Below are positions 46,074 through 55,664 of a DNA stretch of 64,000 nucleotides, piece by piece. The notes below the pieces were generated by a model that saw only the letters and a program-made list of their open reading frames with translations, searched no databases and had not been told where the DNA came from. Origin of the DNA: Candidatus Saccharimonadota bacterium (GTDB taxonomy: Bacteria; Patescibacteriota; Saccharimonadia; Saccharimonadales; UBA10212); NCBI GenBank assembly GCA_022841445.1, contig JALHRM010000004.1:11429-75428 (forward strand), given 5' to 3'. Position numbers and translations under genes: made by a program. The number at the start of each line of letters is the position of its first letter. Positions within the stretch are counted from its first letter, which is position 1.

Positions 46074-47018
46074 TTATTTGTCGAAGTGCTTTAGATATTC
46101 ACGTATGTAAAGTGCGGCCGTCGCACCTTCACCAGTCGCACTGGCAATTTGCATTGTAGCTCCAGCTCTGACGTCTCCGGCCGCATAAATGCCGCTAATG
46201 CCAGTTTCTAGTAGATGGTTTGTTACGACAAACCCTACTTCATCAGTTTTGACACCGCTTCCTTCCAAGAATTTAGTAGTAGGAAGTAATCCTATAAACA
46301 CGAACACACCGTCCGTAGGGAACGATATATCTTCATTATCCTTAGTGTTGCGCGCTTCAACTGAAGTGACTTTGTTATCTTCTCCAACAATTGCTAGCGG
46401 CGAGGTATTGAAATGAACCGTTACTTTGTCGGCATGTTCTTTAAGTTCTTGTTGCAAAACATCGCTCGCCCGAAAACTTTCTCCTCGCACTAGTAGATCA
46501 ATATGGCTGGCGAATTTTGTTAAGAACATCGTTTCCTGCACTGCCGAGTTACCCCCTCCAACAACCACGAGCCGCTTATCGCGATAAAATGCACCATCAC
46601 AGGTTGCACAGGAATGCACACCTCGCCCATAAAACTCCTCTTCACCAGGAATACCTAATTTTTTATAAGAGGTACCGGTTGCAATTAAAACTGCTTTTGC
46701 TTTGAACTCACCACTTGTTGTGGCGAGTACTTTTATGTTCCCGTCTGTAGTAACTGACTGGACTTCACCGAGTTCGATTTGCGCCCCAAAGCGCTCAGCC
46801 TGGGCGCGCATTTGATCCGATAATTCCATTCCTGTTACGCCATCGGAAAATCCGGGGTAATTATCAACTTTGTCAGTGATTGCCGCTAAACCGCCGATAA
46901 CGCCTTTTTCGAACAACAGTGTCGATATATCTTCCCGGGTAGTGTAAATGGCTGCAGCTAACGCTGTCGGGCCTGCACCTATAATTATCACGTCCCAAAT
47001 TTTATCTTTATGTTCCAT
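46074..47018 (-). CDS. trxB: thioredoxin-disulfide reductase
   Basis: 314 aa. FAD GxGxxA (IIGAGPTALAAA), redox-active CATCDG and the NADPH motif VVGGGNSAVQE. Confidence 0.93.
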   Translation of the reverse strand: MEHKDKIWDVIIIGAGPTALAAAIYTTREDISTLLFEKGVIGGLAAITDKVDNYPGFSDGVTGMELSDQMRAQAERFGAQIELGEVQSVTTDGNIKVLATTSGEFKAKAVLIATGTSYKKLGIPGEEEFYGRGVHSCATCDGAFYRDKRLVVVGGGNSAVQETMFLTKFASHIDLLVRGESFRASDVLQQELKEHADKVTVHFNTSPLAIVGEDNKVTSVEARNTKDNEDISFPTDGVFVFIGLLPTTKFLEGSGVKTDEVGFVVTNHLLETGISGIYAAGDVRAGATMQIASATGEGATAALYIREYLKHFDK

Positions 47019-47090
47019 TAGGTACTTTCTAGCGTAATGTATTCACTGTTTAATGTAAAGTTGATTTTACTTTCAGTAGTACTGCCTGCA

Positions 47091-47339
47091 TTAAGCCACT
47101 GCCGGGGCGAGACGAGCAAGATTATAGCCAACTATTACTTCGGTCGTATCGTCCTGACGCGTCACAACGGTTACCGGTACAGTCAATGCGCCACTCATAC
47201 TTAATACTTCCTGGCTGCGCTCTGGGTTTTTTTCAATATTCACCTCTTGATAGGTAAGTCCTTTGCTCGTAAGCCAACGCTTGACCATTACACAGTAGCT
47301 GCAGGTATTGGTTGTAAATATTGTGATGTCTTTTGCCAT
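47091..47339 (-). CDS. glutaredoxin-like protein (NrdH/YruB type)
   Basis: 82 aa thioredoxin fold with CSYC in ITIFTTNTCSYCVMVKRWL and TVPVTVV. AAGGTGG SD. Confidence 0.8.
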   Translation of the reverse strand: MAKDITIFTTNTCSYCVMVKRWLTSKGLTYQEVNIEKNPERSQEVLSMSGALTVPVTVVTRQDDTTEVIVGYNLARLAPAVA

Positions 47340-47394
47340 TTTTTCTAAACCACCTTTTTTGTCGTTGTTACTATTATTTTCTACTTTGTTTTTT

Positions 47395-47413
47395 ATGTAT
47401 AGATAGTATACAT
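47395..47413. promoter_or_regulatory. inverted repeat ATGTATA-N5-TATACAT in the grx-like/trxB/marR upstream region (candidate operator)
   Basis: Perfect 7-bp arms, or 8 bp if the flanking T/A pair is included. On the minus strand the distal arm TATACA lies 17 nt upstream of AATAAT, a possible -35/-10 pair. The AAGGTGG SD and ATG 47339 follow. Confidence 0.4.
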
Positions 47414-47451
47414 AGCGGTTATTTTTTGTGCAAGTACTCTATATATAGCGT

Positions 47452-48009
47452 TTATTCTCCGATTTTGATCAATTTTACGACGAAAACAAGATCAGAGTCA
47501 GCCGGGATACTGCCAGATCCACTACTCCCATAAGCTAGATCAGCCGGGATGACAAGTCGGCGCGTACCACCCTCTTTCATGCCAATCAGACCTTGGTCCC
47601 AACCCGGAATTACCTGCCCCTGCCCGACAGCAAATTTCAGAGCATTGACACTGTTAAAGTTACCATCGAATTTTTCGCCGCTGACGGCCAATGTACCGTG
47701 GTATTTAACCTGCAGGCAATCTCCTGCCGCCACAGCCGCCCCACTACCAGGAACTAAGTCAGTTGTTTTTAATTCAGTTACATCCCCGTCCGGCTTAAAT
47801 GCCTCTGGCTCGGCTTCCGAACTTGCTCCACTCACCGAACCAATTGCGCAGTTGTTGTTATTCGCTAGACCATCCTTTATGTCTTGCAGTGATTGTTGTT
47901 GTTTATTCTGGCGGTTAATGTCCCACACCACGATGGCACTGAAACCAATTGAAGTAATCAAGAATATGAATGCCATCGAAAGCCAAAAGACACGCTGAAC
48001 TTTTGTCAT
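47452..48009 (-). CDS. membrane-anchored FKBP-type peptidyl-prolyl cis-trans isomerase
   Basis: 185 aa. N-terminal TM helix and a C-terminal FKBP domain (VKYHGTL..GEKFD, VIPGWDQGLIGMKEGGTRRLVIPADLAYG). GAGGG SD. Confidence 0.88.
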   Translation of the reverse strand: MTKVQRVFWLSMAFIFLITSIGFSAIVVWDINRQNKQQQSLQDIKDGLANNNNCAIGSVSGASSEAEPEAFKPDGDVTELKTTDLVPGSGAAVAAGDCLQVKYHGTLAVSGEKFDGNFNSVNALKFAVGQGQVIPGWDQGLIGMKEGGTRRLVIPADLAYGSSGSGSIPADSDLVFVVKLIKIGE

Positions 48010-48094
48010 AAGTCGTTACCCTCACTTAAACCTTATGTTGAAATTATTATAGCTTAACTGCTGTGAATTAATTGTAGTGATTTTCGCTTCAATA

Positions 48095-50968
48095 CTACCG
48101 CAACGAGCGGTGACGATGCAGAATTTTTCGAGCAAAAGGAACAATTATGATAGTGAGCGGTATTGCTAGCATCGCGGCAGGCCCCACCTTTAAGTACAGC
48201 AACAAGCCTAGCACAATAGCCGCAAGGATAAGCCATTGAAGGAATGCTCCTCGGCTAATTTTTAGGCGTAAGTACTCTGCTCCCAGATAGTAGTACGGAA
48301 ATACCGTTATAACCAAGAACGTGCTGCTTAATAGGCCAAATATCAGAGTTATACCCAGCCCTTCCCAGAACGGATTACTGAGCACCAGCGGGATGAGCGA
48401 CACAATCGCCGTCAGACTGGTAGCAATAAGTGGCCGGAACCGCTCCTGCAGGGCAAGTGCAATTGATTCTGTTGCACTTTTGCCCTCCCTGCGAGCCTGA
48501 TTTGCATAGTCAGTAAGCAAAATGGTGTTCTTTATACTGAGCCCTATAAGCGCAAAGAAACCAAGCATCGTAAAGAAGCTAAAGGCATTATCAGTTGCCA
48601 ACAGGCTGGTCGTGATACCAAATATACTAAACGGAATTGCCAAAAATATAAGCGCCGGCTGCAGCAGAGAACGGAATTGCCAGACTAAGAAGAAGTATAT
48701 TGCAAGAAGCAGCAGTGGGAATGCGATGATGAGTGCTTTAAACGCGTTTTGATTGTCACCCTCTTGGCCTATATCGAACGATATGTCGTCTGGGCTGAGA
48801 CCATATACTGCCGTACGTTCTTCGGTGAATTCCTTTTCGACAGCGGCCTGAGCAAGTAACACGAGTGTACTTATGTCGGCTCCATCAAACTCTCCGTTGA
48901 CTGATAGAAATTTTTCAGCGTTTAATCTGGAGATTGTGTCAGGATTAGCAGCAGACACTGTTTTAAATACCGCCGTAGTACCATCAGGGCGTTTTAATTC
49001 GACAGAACGCATAAACTCTTCTACTTCGCCAGCCAGACCGAGTGCAGAAGCACTATTTTCGCTCGCTATACGCACACCAAAGTTAGCCGTCGGCGGCCCA
49101 GCGTCAATTTGTGCAGTTTTAATAATAGCGCCGTCAAAATCTTTGAACGTTGCATTAAGCTTTGTTATGAGTTCTGGCGATTTTGGTTCACGCTTTTTGA
49201 ATGACTGTAAATCTATATATAACGTGGCACCTTGATTTGCGCCCTGTCCAATGCTGCCTTGCCCATAAAACGATGCTTGCTTGAAACTATCACCAAGCGT
49301 GACATCAACGATATCAATTACACGGTCAGCAATTTGACCGGCTTCGATGATATTTGTACCTTGAGGATACGCAATCGTAAGCGCAATTTGATCACTGTCT
49401 TTGGTTGGCGCAAATATATTGAAGGTAACCTTTTGGAATAATGCCCCTCCCACTCCTATGAAGCTGAATCCTACCACTAACGCAATAATGCCCAGCGACC
49501 ATTGACGTGGCCGATGATGCCTACTCCACAAAATCGGTCTTGCCAACAATGAAGCAACACGAGATTCCGACTTATGTGCTGGCGATTCTTCATCACCATC
49601 TTTACCAAGATGTTTGGGGCGAAGCAATACATACTTTGATACAAAAGGTATGAATGCTAAAGCCACGATAAGACTAATAAACAGACTTGCTATAACAGTT
49701 ATCGGGATTGCCCGAATAAATGAACCAAGGATTCCACCGGTAAATAATAATGGCGCAAAGCCGATTGTAGCCGTGACAGTAGCCGCCACCATCGCCCGAC
49801 TGATTTTTTTAGATGCCCGGCGTATCACTTCACGTGCATTCTTTAATTTGCGGCGTTGGGCATCGATTGCTTCGACCATGATAATCGTGTCATCGACGAT
49901 GAGGCTCAGGCACAAGACGAGCGAAAATAATGTTATTACGTTTAATGAATAGCCAATTACATACAACAGGGCAAGCGTAGCGGTAATTACCAATACCATT
50001 GACATAACGGTGATGATTGAAGCCCGGATTGCTATTAGAAGTGCACACACAACCAGCACGGCAACCAGCCCTTCAAGCAGTGCGGTTTGAAGATTGTTAA
50101 TTTGGTCGGTTATTTGAGGCGCAATACTGTAACTACGCTTCACGTTAACACCAAGCGTGTCGGATTTAGCAGCATTTAGGCTGTTCGTGGCTTCGGTAGC
50201 TTGCTTATCAAGTTTCAGAATATCTGCGCCGTCTGCACCTTTAATACCAATCGTAACGGAGTTATAGAAGTTATTCTGATCTGTTCTTAAGCCGTATCTA
50301 TCAAATGTCGTCTGGCGCACCGCTGGCTTACCCGTTACAGGATCAACACCTCGGACATACGGGTCAATAACAGCAATATCTGCCGAAAGTGGTATCAGAT
50401 TATCTCGTTTAATAGTAGTGACGAGTTCCCTCGCCGCCTCAACTAACTCGGAGGTTGTCTTGTCACCTTTTGGTGCGTACACCGAAAGCAATACATCATC
50501 ACCGCGTTCATTGATATCGTTACCCAGCGGCTGGAAGTTCGCTCTCGCTTGTTCGGGCAAAATTGACGATGATTTTACCGCCTCTGCAATCGAATTGCTG
50601 GCAGTTTCAGAATTCGTCCCCTCTTGATACTCAATGACAATACTAAAGAAATTGCCACCGGCACTCGAGGTAACGTTCTTTACATCAGCCTGATCGACAA
50701 TGAACTGGCTGAGTGGTTTGGCGACCTCGCTATCAACTTTAGCGGCATCGTTAACAAGGTACGGACCGTTGATCAAACTATACGGAACAGAAACATCCGG
50801 AAAGCCCTCTCGTTTTAATAGTGTCGTGTAGCTGGCGATACCAAACGCCAGAATAGTTAGCCAAATGACGAGTGAAAAAAGCGGCCTGTCAAAGGCCAGT
50901 AAGCTAATCCGCTGGAATAAAGTGAGGCGTTTCGGTTTTGCTGGTATGTCAGACACGTGTTGCTCCAA
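48095..50968 (-). CDS. RND-superfamily efflux transporter permease (AcrB/HAE-like)
   Basis: 957 aa. AcrB-type N-terminus (FDRPLFSLVIWLTILAFGIASYTTLLKREGFPDVSVP), two large extracytoplasmic loops and two 6-TM bundles. No adjacent membrane-fusion or outer-membrane partner. Confidence 0.85.
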   Translation of the reverse strand: MEQHVSDIPAKPKRLTLFQRISLLAFDRPLFSLVIWLTILAFGIASYTTLLKREGFPDVSVPYSLINGPYLVNDAAKVDSEVAKPLSQFIVDQADVKNVTSSAGGNFFSIVIEYQEGTNSETASNSIAEAVKSSSILPEQARANFQPLGNDINERGDDVLLSVYAPKGDKTTSELVEAARELVTTIKRDNLIPLSADIAVIDPYVRGVDPVTGKPAVRQTTFDRYGLRTDQNNFYNSVTIGIKGADGADILKLDKQATEATNSLNAAKSDTLGVNVKRSYSIAPQITDQINNLQTALLEGLVAVLVVCALLIAIRASIITVMSMVLVITATLALLYVIGYSLNVITLFSLVLCLSLIVDDTIIMVEAIDAQRRKLKNAREVIRRASKKISRAMVAATVTATIGFAPLLFTGGILGSFIRAIPITVIASLFISLIVALAFIPFVSKYVLLRPKHLGKDGDEESPAHKSESRVASLLARPILWSRHHRPRQWSLGIIALVVGFSFIGVGGALFQKVTFNIFAPTKDSDQIALTIAYPQGTNIIEAGQIADRVIDIVDVTLGDSFKQASFYGQGSIGQGANQGATLYIDLQSFKKREPKSPELITKLNATFKDFDGAIIKTAQIDAGPPTANFGVRIASENSASALGLAGEVEEFMRSVELKRPDGTTAVFKTVSAANPDTISRLNAEKFLSVNGEFDGADISTLVLLAQAAVEKEFTEERTAVYGLSPDDISFDIGQEGDNQNAFKALIIAFPLLLLAIYFFLVWQFRSLLQPALIFLAIPFSIFGITTSLLATDNAFSFFTMLGFFALIGLSIKNTILLTDYANQARREGKSATESIALALQERFRPLIATSLTAIVSLIPLVLSNPFWEGLGITLIFGLLSSTFLVITVFPYYYLGAEYLRLKISRGAFLQWLILAAIVLGLLLYLKVGPAAMLAIPLTIIIVPFARKILHRHRSLR

Positions 50969-53492
50969 TCGAAGTTAGTAAATTCTTTTCAATTACTGCA
51001 AGTATAGCTTGAACTTCTTTATCAGTCATCGTTCTACTCTGACTTGTCAGCGTAACGCGAAATGTAGTCTGCTTATTGGCACTAGCTTCGGTTTGATAAA
51101 TATCAATTGGCGCAAGTGTTACAGAGCAGTCGTCCGGCACATTCTCAACCAGTTCCTTATTTAGATTTTTATAAAGCTCTGAATATGTCAGCCCGGCATC
51201 AGTTTTTATGCAAATATCCTGCTCAATACTGGGAAATCTTGAAAGCCGCGCGTAAGTCGAATTTCCGGAAATTTTCATCAGAGACGCCAGACTCAACTCA
51301 AAACCACTACAAAAATCTGGCAACTTTAAATTTCTCTTTACGCTTGGTGCGTATTCGCCAACTCGTCCAATTATGGTGTCTTTGTAAGACACAACAGCAA
51401 CTCGTCCTGGTTGATAGTATTGAGCTGCACTATCGGAATCATTGTCATCTTGGTGTTTAAACATAATAAAGTCATCGGAAATACCGATACTTTGCAGGAC
51501 AAAATTCAAGTACTGCCTGGCGTAAAAAAACGGCGCCCCAGATAAAGCAGAGGCTGCTTTTTTGTCAGCCGCGTAGGCAAAAGCGAGCCGATCAAATGAC
51601 TGTGGAACATCGCCGTCCATCTTGCCTTTGATATGGCATTTGCCAAGTTCAAATAGGGCGAATTTATCAAACCCGGACTTAATATTAGCGTGCACCTGTG
51701 ACAGTAGACTCGGGGTCAAACTCTGACGGTAATACTGCAGGCTTGGGCTCAATGCGTTTCTGATGTGATAAGAATCTGCCGGATCCTGGCCAACTTTTTT
51801 AAGTAGATCTCCGTGCACAAAGCTATAGGTCAGTACTTCGTTCGCACCGCCACCTTTGAATATTCTACGCAGGAGTTGCTTCAGAACAATTATGTCCTGC
51901 ATGTTAGACGGATGCACCGGACGACTAGGCAGAGCCAGTGGAAGCGCGCCGTACCCGTAAAGTCGGCCCACTTCTTCGACAACATCTTCGGCAATTTGTA
52001 TATCAGTGCGCCAAAACGGCGCTGTAAGTTCCAAAGATGCCTGCGGAGCATCATCCATAATTGTCGGGGGCTCGAATTCGACGTTCTTAAGTAGTTGGCG
52101 TATGTCAGAAGTCGGAATATCAGCGCCTAGTCTACTGTTTATAAACTCACTTGTTACAGCTATTTTTTTATTGTCTTCAACTGTTCCCTGTATGTCATAG
52201 GCTTCGGAAGCAACAGTGCCACCAGCGTATGTTTTAATTTCGTCAACTATTTTGGCAAGTACGCGGTCGTTCTGATGAGGACTCTGTCCCTTGCTAAAAC
52301 GAGTTACTGCATCTGTGAATAACCCATGGCGCATTGATGTGCGCCGAATGGCATACATATCAAACGTGGCACATTCGATGACGATATTTGTGGTGGTTTC
52401 ATCTACTTCGGTATCCTGCCCGCCCATCACTCCAGCGAGCGCAATAGCTTCTTTATCTGTAGCGATGACAATGTCATCTTTATTCAGTTTTATTTTTTTC
52501 CCGCCGAGCAAAGTCAGTTCTTCGCCCTCATGTGCCAACCTTGGGCCAATCGTGGCGACATCACCGCTACGGGCTTTGAGCTTATCGTAATCAAAGGCGT
52601 GCAGCGGCTGAGCTGTTTCTAGCATGAAGAAATTAGTGTAATCAACGATGTTATTGATTGGCTTACTACCGACACGGCTCAAAAAAGTTTGCAGCCACAG
52701 CGGGCTCGACGCAACCCTAACATTGCTCATAGCTTGTGCCATAAACCGGGGCACCAAAGTGCTTATCTCATTACTGACACGAAGTTCGAGTTTTTGCTCC
52801 ACGGAATGCGTAATTGGTTGCCGATACCAATCTGGAGAAGTATATGATTGGCCAAGTATACCGGCTAGTTCGCGGGCTACCCCTAGATGACCAAAACAAT
52901 CCGGGCGATGGGTAAACATTTTGTTTTCAAGCTCAATCACTACATCGTCGATACCGTAAAGCGCTTTAAATAAAGTCCCGGGCTTGGCTAGATCTTCTCC
53001 CACGTCCTGGGCAGTTATTTCCAACAACCCTTCATGGCTTGTGCCTATGCCAAGTTCGGATGGGCTGGCGAGCATACCATTACTCATTTCGCCTCTAATT
53101 TCACGAGCTTCTAGCGTAAAGGGATCTTTTTCGAGCGTGCTTGGCACGATAGTACCCGGTGGTAACCAAGCAACTAGCATGCCAGTTCGTACATTCGGTG
53201 CGCCGCAAACAACCTGGACTAAACCATTTTTGTTGCGGGCAACATCCTTCACTACTCCACTGTCGTCTATAAGACAAATGTGCAATGTATCGGCATTAGG
53301 GTGTTTTTCACAACTCACCACCTTGGCAACAACAATACCCTCGTAGCGATTTCCAAAATATTCTACACCCTCGACAGCACCAAGCTGTACGCCAATCCGC
53401 TGCACAAGTTCATCAACCCCGCCGCTTGATGGGTCTACACCACATCCGTAGTGTTGATTTATGTGCCGAATGAGATTCAGGCTTATTTTCAC
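50949..53492 (-). CDS. pheT: phenylalanine--tRNA ligase beta subunit
   Basis: 847 aa. N-terminal tRNA-binding (OB) domain (VVSCEKHPNADTLHIC), B3/4, B5 and C-terminal FDX-ACB domains. Confidence 0.93.
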   Translation of the reverse strand: MKISLNLIRHINQHYGCGVDPSSGGVDELVQRIGVQLGAVEGVEYFGNRYEGIVVAKVVSCEKHPNADTLHICLIDDSGVVKDVARNKNGLVQVVCGAPNVRTGMLVAWLPPGTIVPSTLEKDPFTLEAREIRGEMSNGMLASPSELGIGTSHEGLLEITAQDVGEDLAKPGTLFKALYGIDDVVIELENKMFTHRPDCFGHLGVARELAGILGQSYTSPDWYRQPITHSVEQKLELRVSNEISTLVPRFMAQAMSNVRVASSPLWLQTFLSRVGSKPINNIVDYTNFFMLETAQPLHAFDYDKLKARSGDVATIGPRLAHEGEELTLLGGKKIKLNKDDIVIATDKEAIALAGVMGGQDTEVDETTTNIVIECATFDMYAIRRTSMRHGLFTDAVTRFSKGQSPHQNDRVLAKIVDEIKTYAGGTVASEAYDIQGTVEDNKKIAVTSEFINSRLGADIPTSDIRQLLKNVEFEPPTIMDDAPQASLELTAPFWRTDIQIAEDVVEEVGRLYGYGALPLALPSRPVHPSNMQDIIVLKQLLRRIFKGGGANEVLTYSFVHGDLLKKVGQDPADSYHIRNALSPSLQYYRQSLTPSLLSQVHANIKSGFDKFALFELGKCHIKGKMDGDVPQSFDRLAFAYAADKKAASALSGAPFFYARQYLNFVLQSIGISDDFIMFKHQDDNDSDSAAQYYQPGRVAVVSYKDTIIGRVGEYAPSVKRNLKLPDFCSGFELSLASLMKISGNSTYARLSRFPSIEQDICIKTDAGLTYSELYKNLNKELVENVPDDCSVTLAPIDIYQTEASANKQTTFRVTLTSQSRTMTDKEVQAILAVIEKNLLTSIGATRV

Positions 53493-54061
53493 TTTAGTAA
53501 CTCCTCAAGTAGTTCAGGAAAAATTTCGCCGCCTAAATCCTCATAGCAAAAATGCTTCTTACCGCTGATTTCTCTGTAGTCTATGCCGGTTATCTTGTCG
53601 CGAAGTATATCAACAGATTTGGTGATTGATGCAAAGTCATTGTCAGACGCGATAATCAGTAATCGCTCTGTTTGTTTCACAATATCGCTCTGTAGAGAAA
53701 AATCAAAAAAATCTACAGCATCGAGTTGATTTTCGGGGTTAATCCAAGGCGCAACCAGGACAACAGTGCCTGCTTTTACATGGGGGTTTTCAGACAGATA
53801 ACGAACTAGGAATCCGCCGCCACAGCTATGCCCAATTAGAGCAGTGCTTGAATCGACAGCAAATTGTTCAAAAGTTTCCTTCCAATCTTCATAGATTGGC
53901 CGGTACGGCTTTGGCATCTCTGGAGTTTGAGCAAGGACGTTATTAATCGTCAACTGTTTCTGGAGCCAAGCAAGCCAATTGGCGTTCGATTGACTCGGCA
54001 TTGCAGGATCATAGTACTCATCTCTGCTGGGTTTTCCGTGTAGTATGATGGCTTTTTTCAC
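53489..54061 (-). CDS. alpha/beta serine hydrolase (YdeN/RBBP9-like) embedded between pheS and pheT
   Basis: 190 aa. ILHGKP start, NWLAWLQKQL and the nucleophile elbow GHSCGG, then LVAPW and a C-terminal Asp/His region. 4-nt overlaps with both pheS and pheT. Confidence 0.7.
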   Translation of the reverse strand: MKKAIILHGKPSRDEYYDPAMPSQSNANWLAWLQKQLTINNVLAQTPEMPKPYRPIYEDWKETFEQFAVDSSTALIGHSCGGGFLVRYLSENPHVKAGTVVLVAPWINPENQLDAVDFFDFSLQSDIVKQTERLLIIASDNDFASITKSVDILRDKITGIDYREISGKKHFCYEDLGGEIFPELLEELLK

Positions 54062-55098
54062 TTGAACTGCCTTAGGAACTTTAAATTGGCACTATGAAAA
54101 TAACGGACGTCTTCGATATCATGCTTCAACATCACGAGGCGCTCGATACCAAACCCCCAGGCAAAACCAGAATAAGCGGCCGGATCAATATCGGCTTCTT
54201 TTAAAACGTTGGGGTGAATCATTCCGCAGCCGCCTAGCTCGATCCACCCTGATTGCGAGCAGATATTGCAGCCCTTTTGGTTACAAAAAACACAACTGGC
54301 CACAAATTCAAAACTGGGCTCCGTAAACGGGAAATAGAATGGCTGTAGTTTCACTTTTATATCTTTTTCAAAGTACGCACCGAGCCAGGATTTTAGCACC
54401 GCAATCAAGTGAGCGGTTGAAACACCGTGGTCTACATATATGCCCTCCAACTGATAAAAGGTGTGTTCATGGCGAGCATCAAGGTCTTCGTTGCGGAATA
54501 CGCGATCTGGTATCACCGCTGCAATTGGCAGGTCGTTTTTTACTAAATCGTTCTTCCCGGCACGCAGTATGCGGTTCTGCATGGTACTGGTATGAGCCGG
54601 CGCAATTAAGCCTTCGTCGGTCACGAATGTATCATAGTCATCCCGTGCCGGATGATCAGCCGGAAAATTAAGACTTGTAAACATATGGTAATCGTCGTCA
54701 ATCTCGCGTGATTCGTAAACGCTAAAACCCATCCGGCTCAAGATTCCTATGATGTGTTCCACTTCGCTCATCAGAGGGTGAATCGTACCCTGTGAAGCAG
54801 GAAGCAGCACTGGCTGATCTTTCACCGCCACATTGATGTCAAACGGCGCAGTGATATCAATCGATGGGTGTTCATCGGCTGTTTCAACAACTGAGTCTAC
54901 CCAAGATTGCAATTCGTTCTTAAGTTCGTTTACTTCTTTACCAAATCCGGCTTTTTGGTCTGGTGGTAGTGTTTTAAGCTGATCATATAATGAGCCGAGT
55001 TCGAGCGATCGCATGATAGCCCGCTTGTCGTCTAGTGATTCAAAGACAGATTTTAGCGTATCAGCCACACGAGCAATATCAGGATTTTGATAGGCCAT
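54058..55098 (-). CDS. pheS: phenylalanine--tRNA ligase alpha subunit
   Basis: 346 aa. Class II motifs (HPARDDYDTF, FRNEDLDARHEHTFYQLEG, GFAWGFGIERL). Confidence 0.95.
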   Translation of the reverse strand: MAYQNPDIARVADTLKSVFESLDDKRAIMRSLELGSLYDQLKTLPPDQKAGFGKEVNELKNELQSWVDSVVETADEHPSIDITAPFDINVAVKDQPVLLPASQGTIHPLMSEVEHIIGILSRMGFSVYESREIDDDYHMFTSLNFPADHPARDDYDTFVTDEGLIAPAHTSTMQNRILRAGKNDLVKNDLPIAAVIPDRVFRNEDLDARHEHTFYQLEGIYVDHGVSTAHLIAVLKSWLGAYFEKDIKVKLQPFYFPFTEPSFEFVASCVFCNQKGCNICSQSGWIELGGCGMIHPNVLKEADIDPAAYSGFAWGFGIERLVMLKHDIEDVRYFHSANLKFLRQFK

Positions 55099-55108
55099 AA
55101 TTGCTGTA

Positions 55109-55117
55109 ATTATATCA
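55109..55117 (-). promoter_or_regulatory. extended -10 (TGATATAAT) 10 nt upstream of pheS ATG
   Basis: The minus strand reads TGATATAAT-tacagcaatt-ATG(55098). The whole pheS/yajQ gap is 47 nt, which leaves no room for a T-box leader. Confidence 0.5.
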
Positions 55118-55133
55118 GAGAGGCAGAAGCGGT

Positions 55134-55139
55134 TATACT
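55134..55139 (+). promoter_or_regulatory. -10 TATACT 6 nt upstream of yajQ ATG
   Basis: TATACT-atttat-ATG(55146) with no SD. Confidence 0.45.
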
Positions 55140-55145
55140 ATTTAT

Positions 55146-55643
55146 ATGGCAGATTATAGTTTCGATATTGTTAGTGAGTACGACAAAGCCGAGATGAACA
55201 ACGTTTTCGACCAGACGCGGCGCGAGATGGCCAACCGCTATGACTTTAAAAATACTTCGGCAGCCATTGAGTGGCTTGACGGCGACAAGACTGGTTTGAA
55301 AATTACTGGCGACGGACAATACCAGCTTGATGCCATTATTGATATTGTCCGTAAAAAACTAGCAACTCGCGGGCAAAACCAGAAAGTACTCGACCTCAGC
55401 AAAGAGCCACTAACCGCCAATATGAAAACGACATGGCACGTTTCTTTCGTAAGCGGGCTCGATAGTGTCAAGGCGAAAAAAATCACCACTATCATCCGTG
55501 ATAGTCACCCCAAGCTCAAAACCCAAATACAGGGCGATGCGGTAAGAGTCGTCAGTCAAAAAAAGGATGAACTTCAGGCGGTGATGCAACTCCTACAGTC
55601 TCAAGAATTAGACTTTCCCATACATTTTACAAATTACCGATAA
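55146..55643 (+). CDS. yajQ: YajQ-family nucleotide-binding protein
   Basis: 165 aa. SFDIVSEYDKAEMNNVFDQTRREMANRYDFK matches the YajQ N-terminal signature. Confidence 0.9.
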   Translation: MADYSFDIVSEYDKAEMNNVFDQTRREMANRYDFKNTSAAIEWLDGDKTGLKITGDGQYQLDAIIDIVRKKLATRGQNQKVLDLSKEPLTANMKTTWHVSFVSGLDSVKAKKITTIIRDSHPKLKTQIQGDAVRVVSQKKDELQAVMQLLQSQELDFPIHFTNYR

Positions 55644-55648
55644 AGTAA

Positions 55649-55654
55649 TATAAT
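55649..55654 (+). promoter_or_regulatory. consensus -10 TATAAT 10 nt upstream of the divergent GH63-like gene
   Basis: TATAAT-tagcataatt-ATG(55665). Confidence 0.4.
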
Positions 55655-55664
55655 TAGCATAATT

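Noticed and set aside
47395-47413. Reading the ATGTATA/TATACAT inverted repeat as the terminator of the FKBP gene
   Set aside because: The stem is A/T-only, and on the coding (minus) strand it is followed by an A run, not a U run. An operator or promoter role is more plausible, and it is reported as such.
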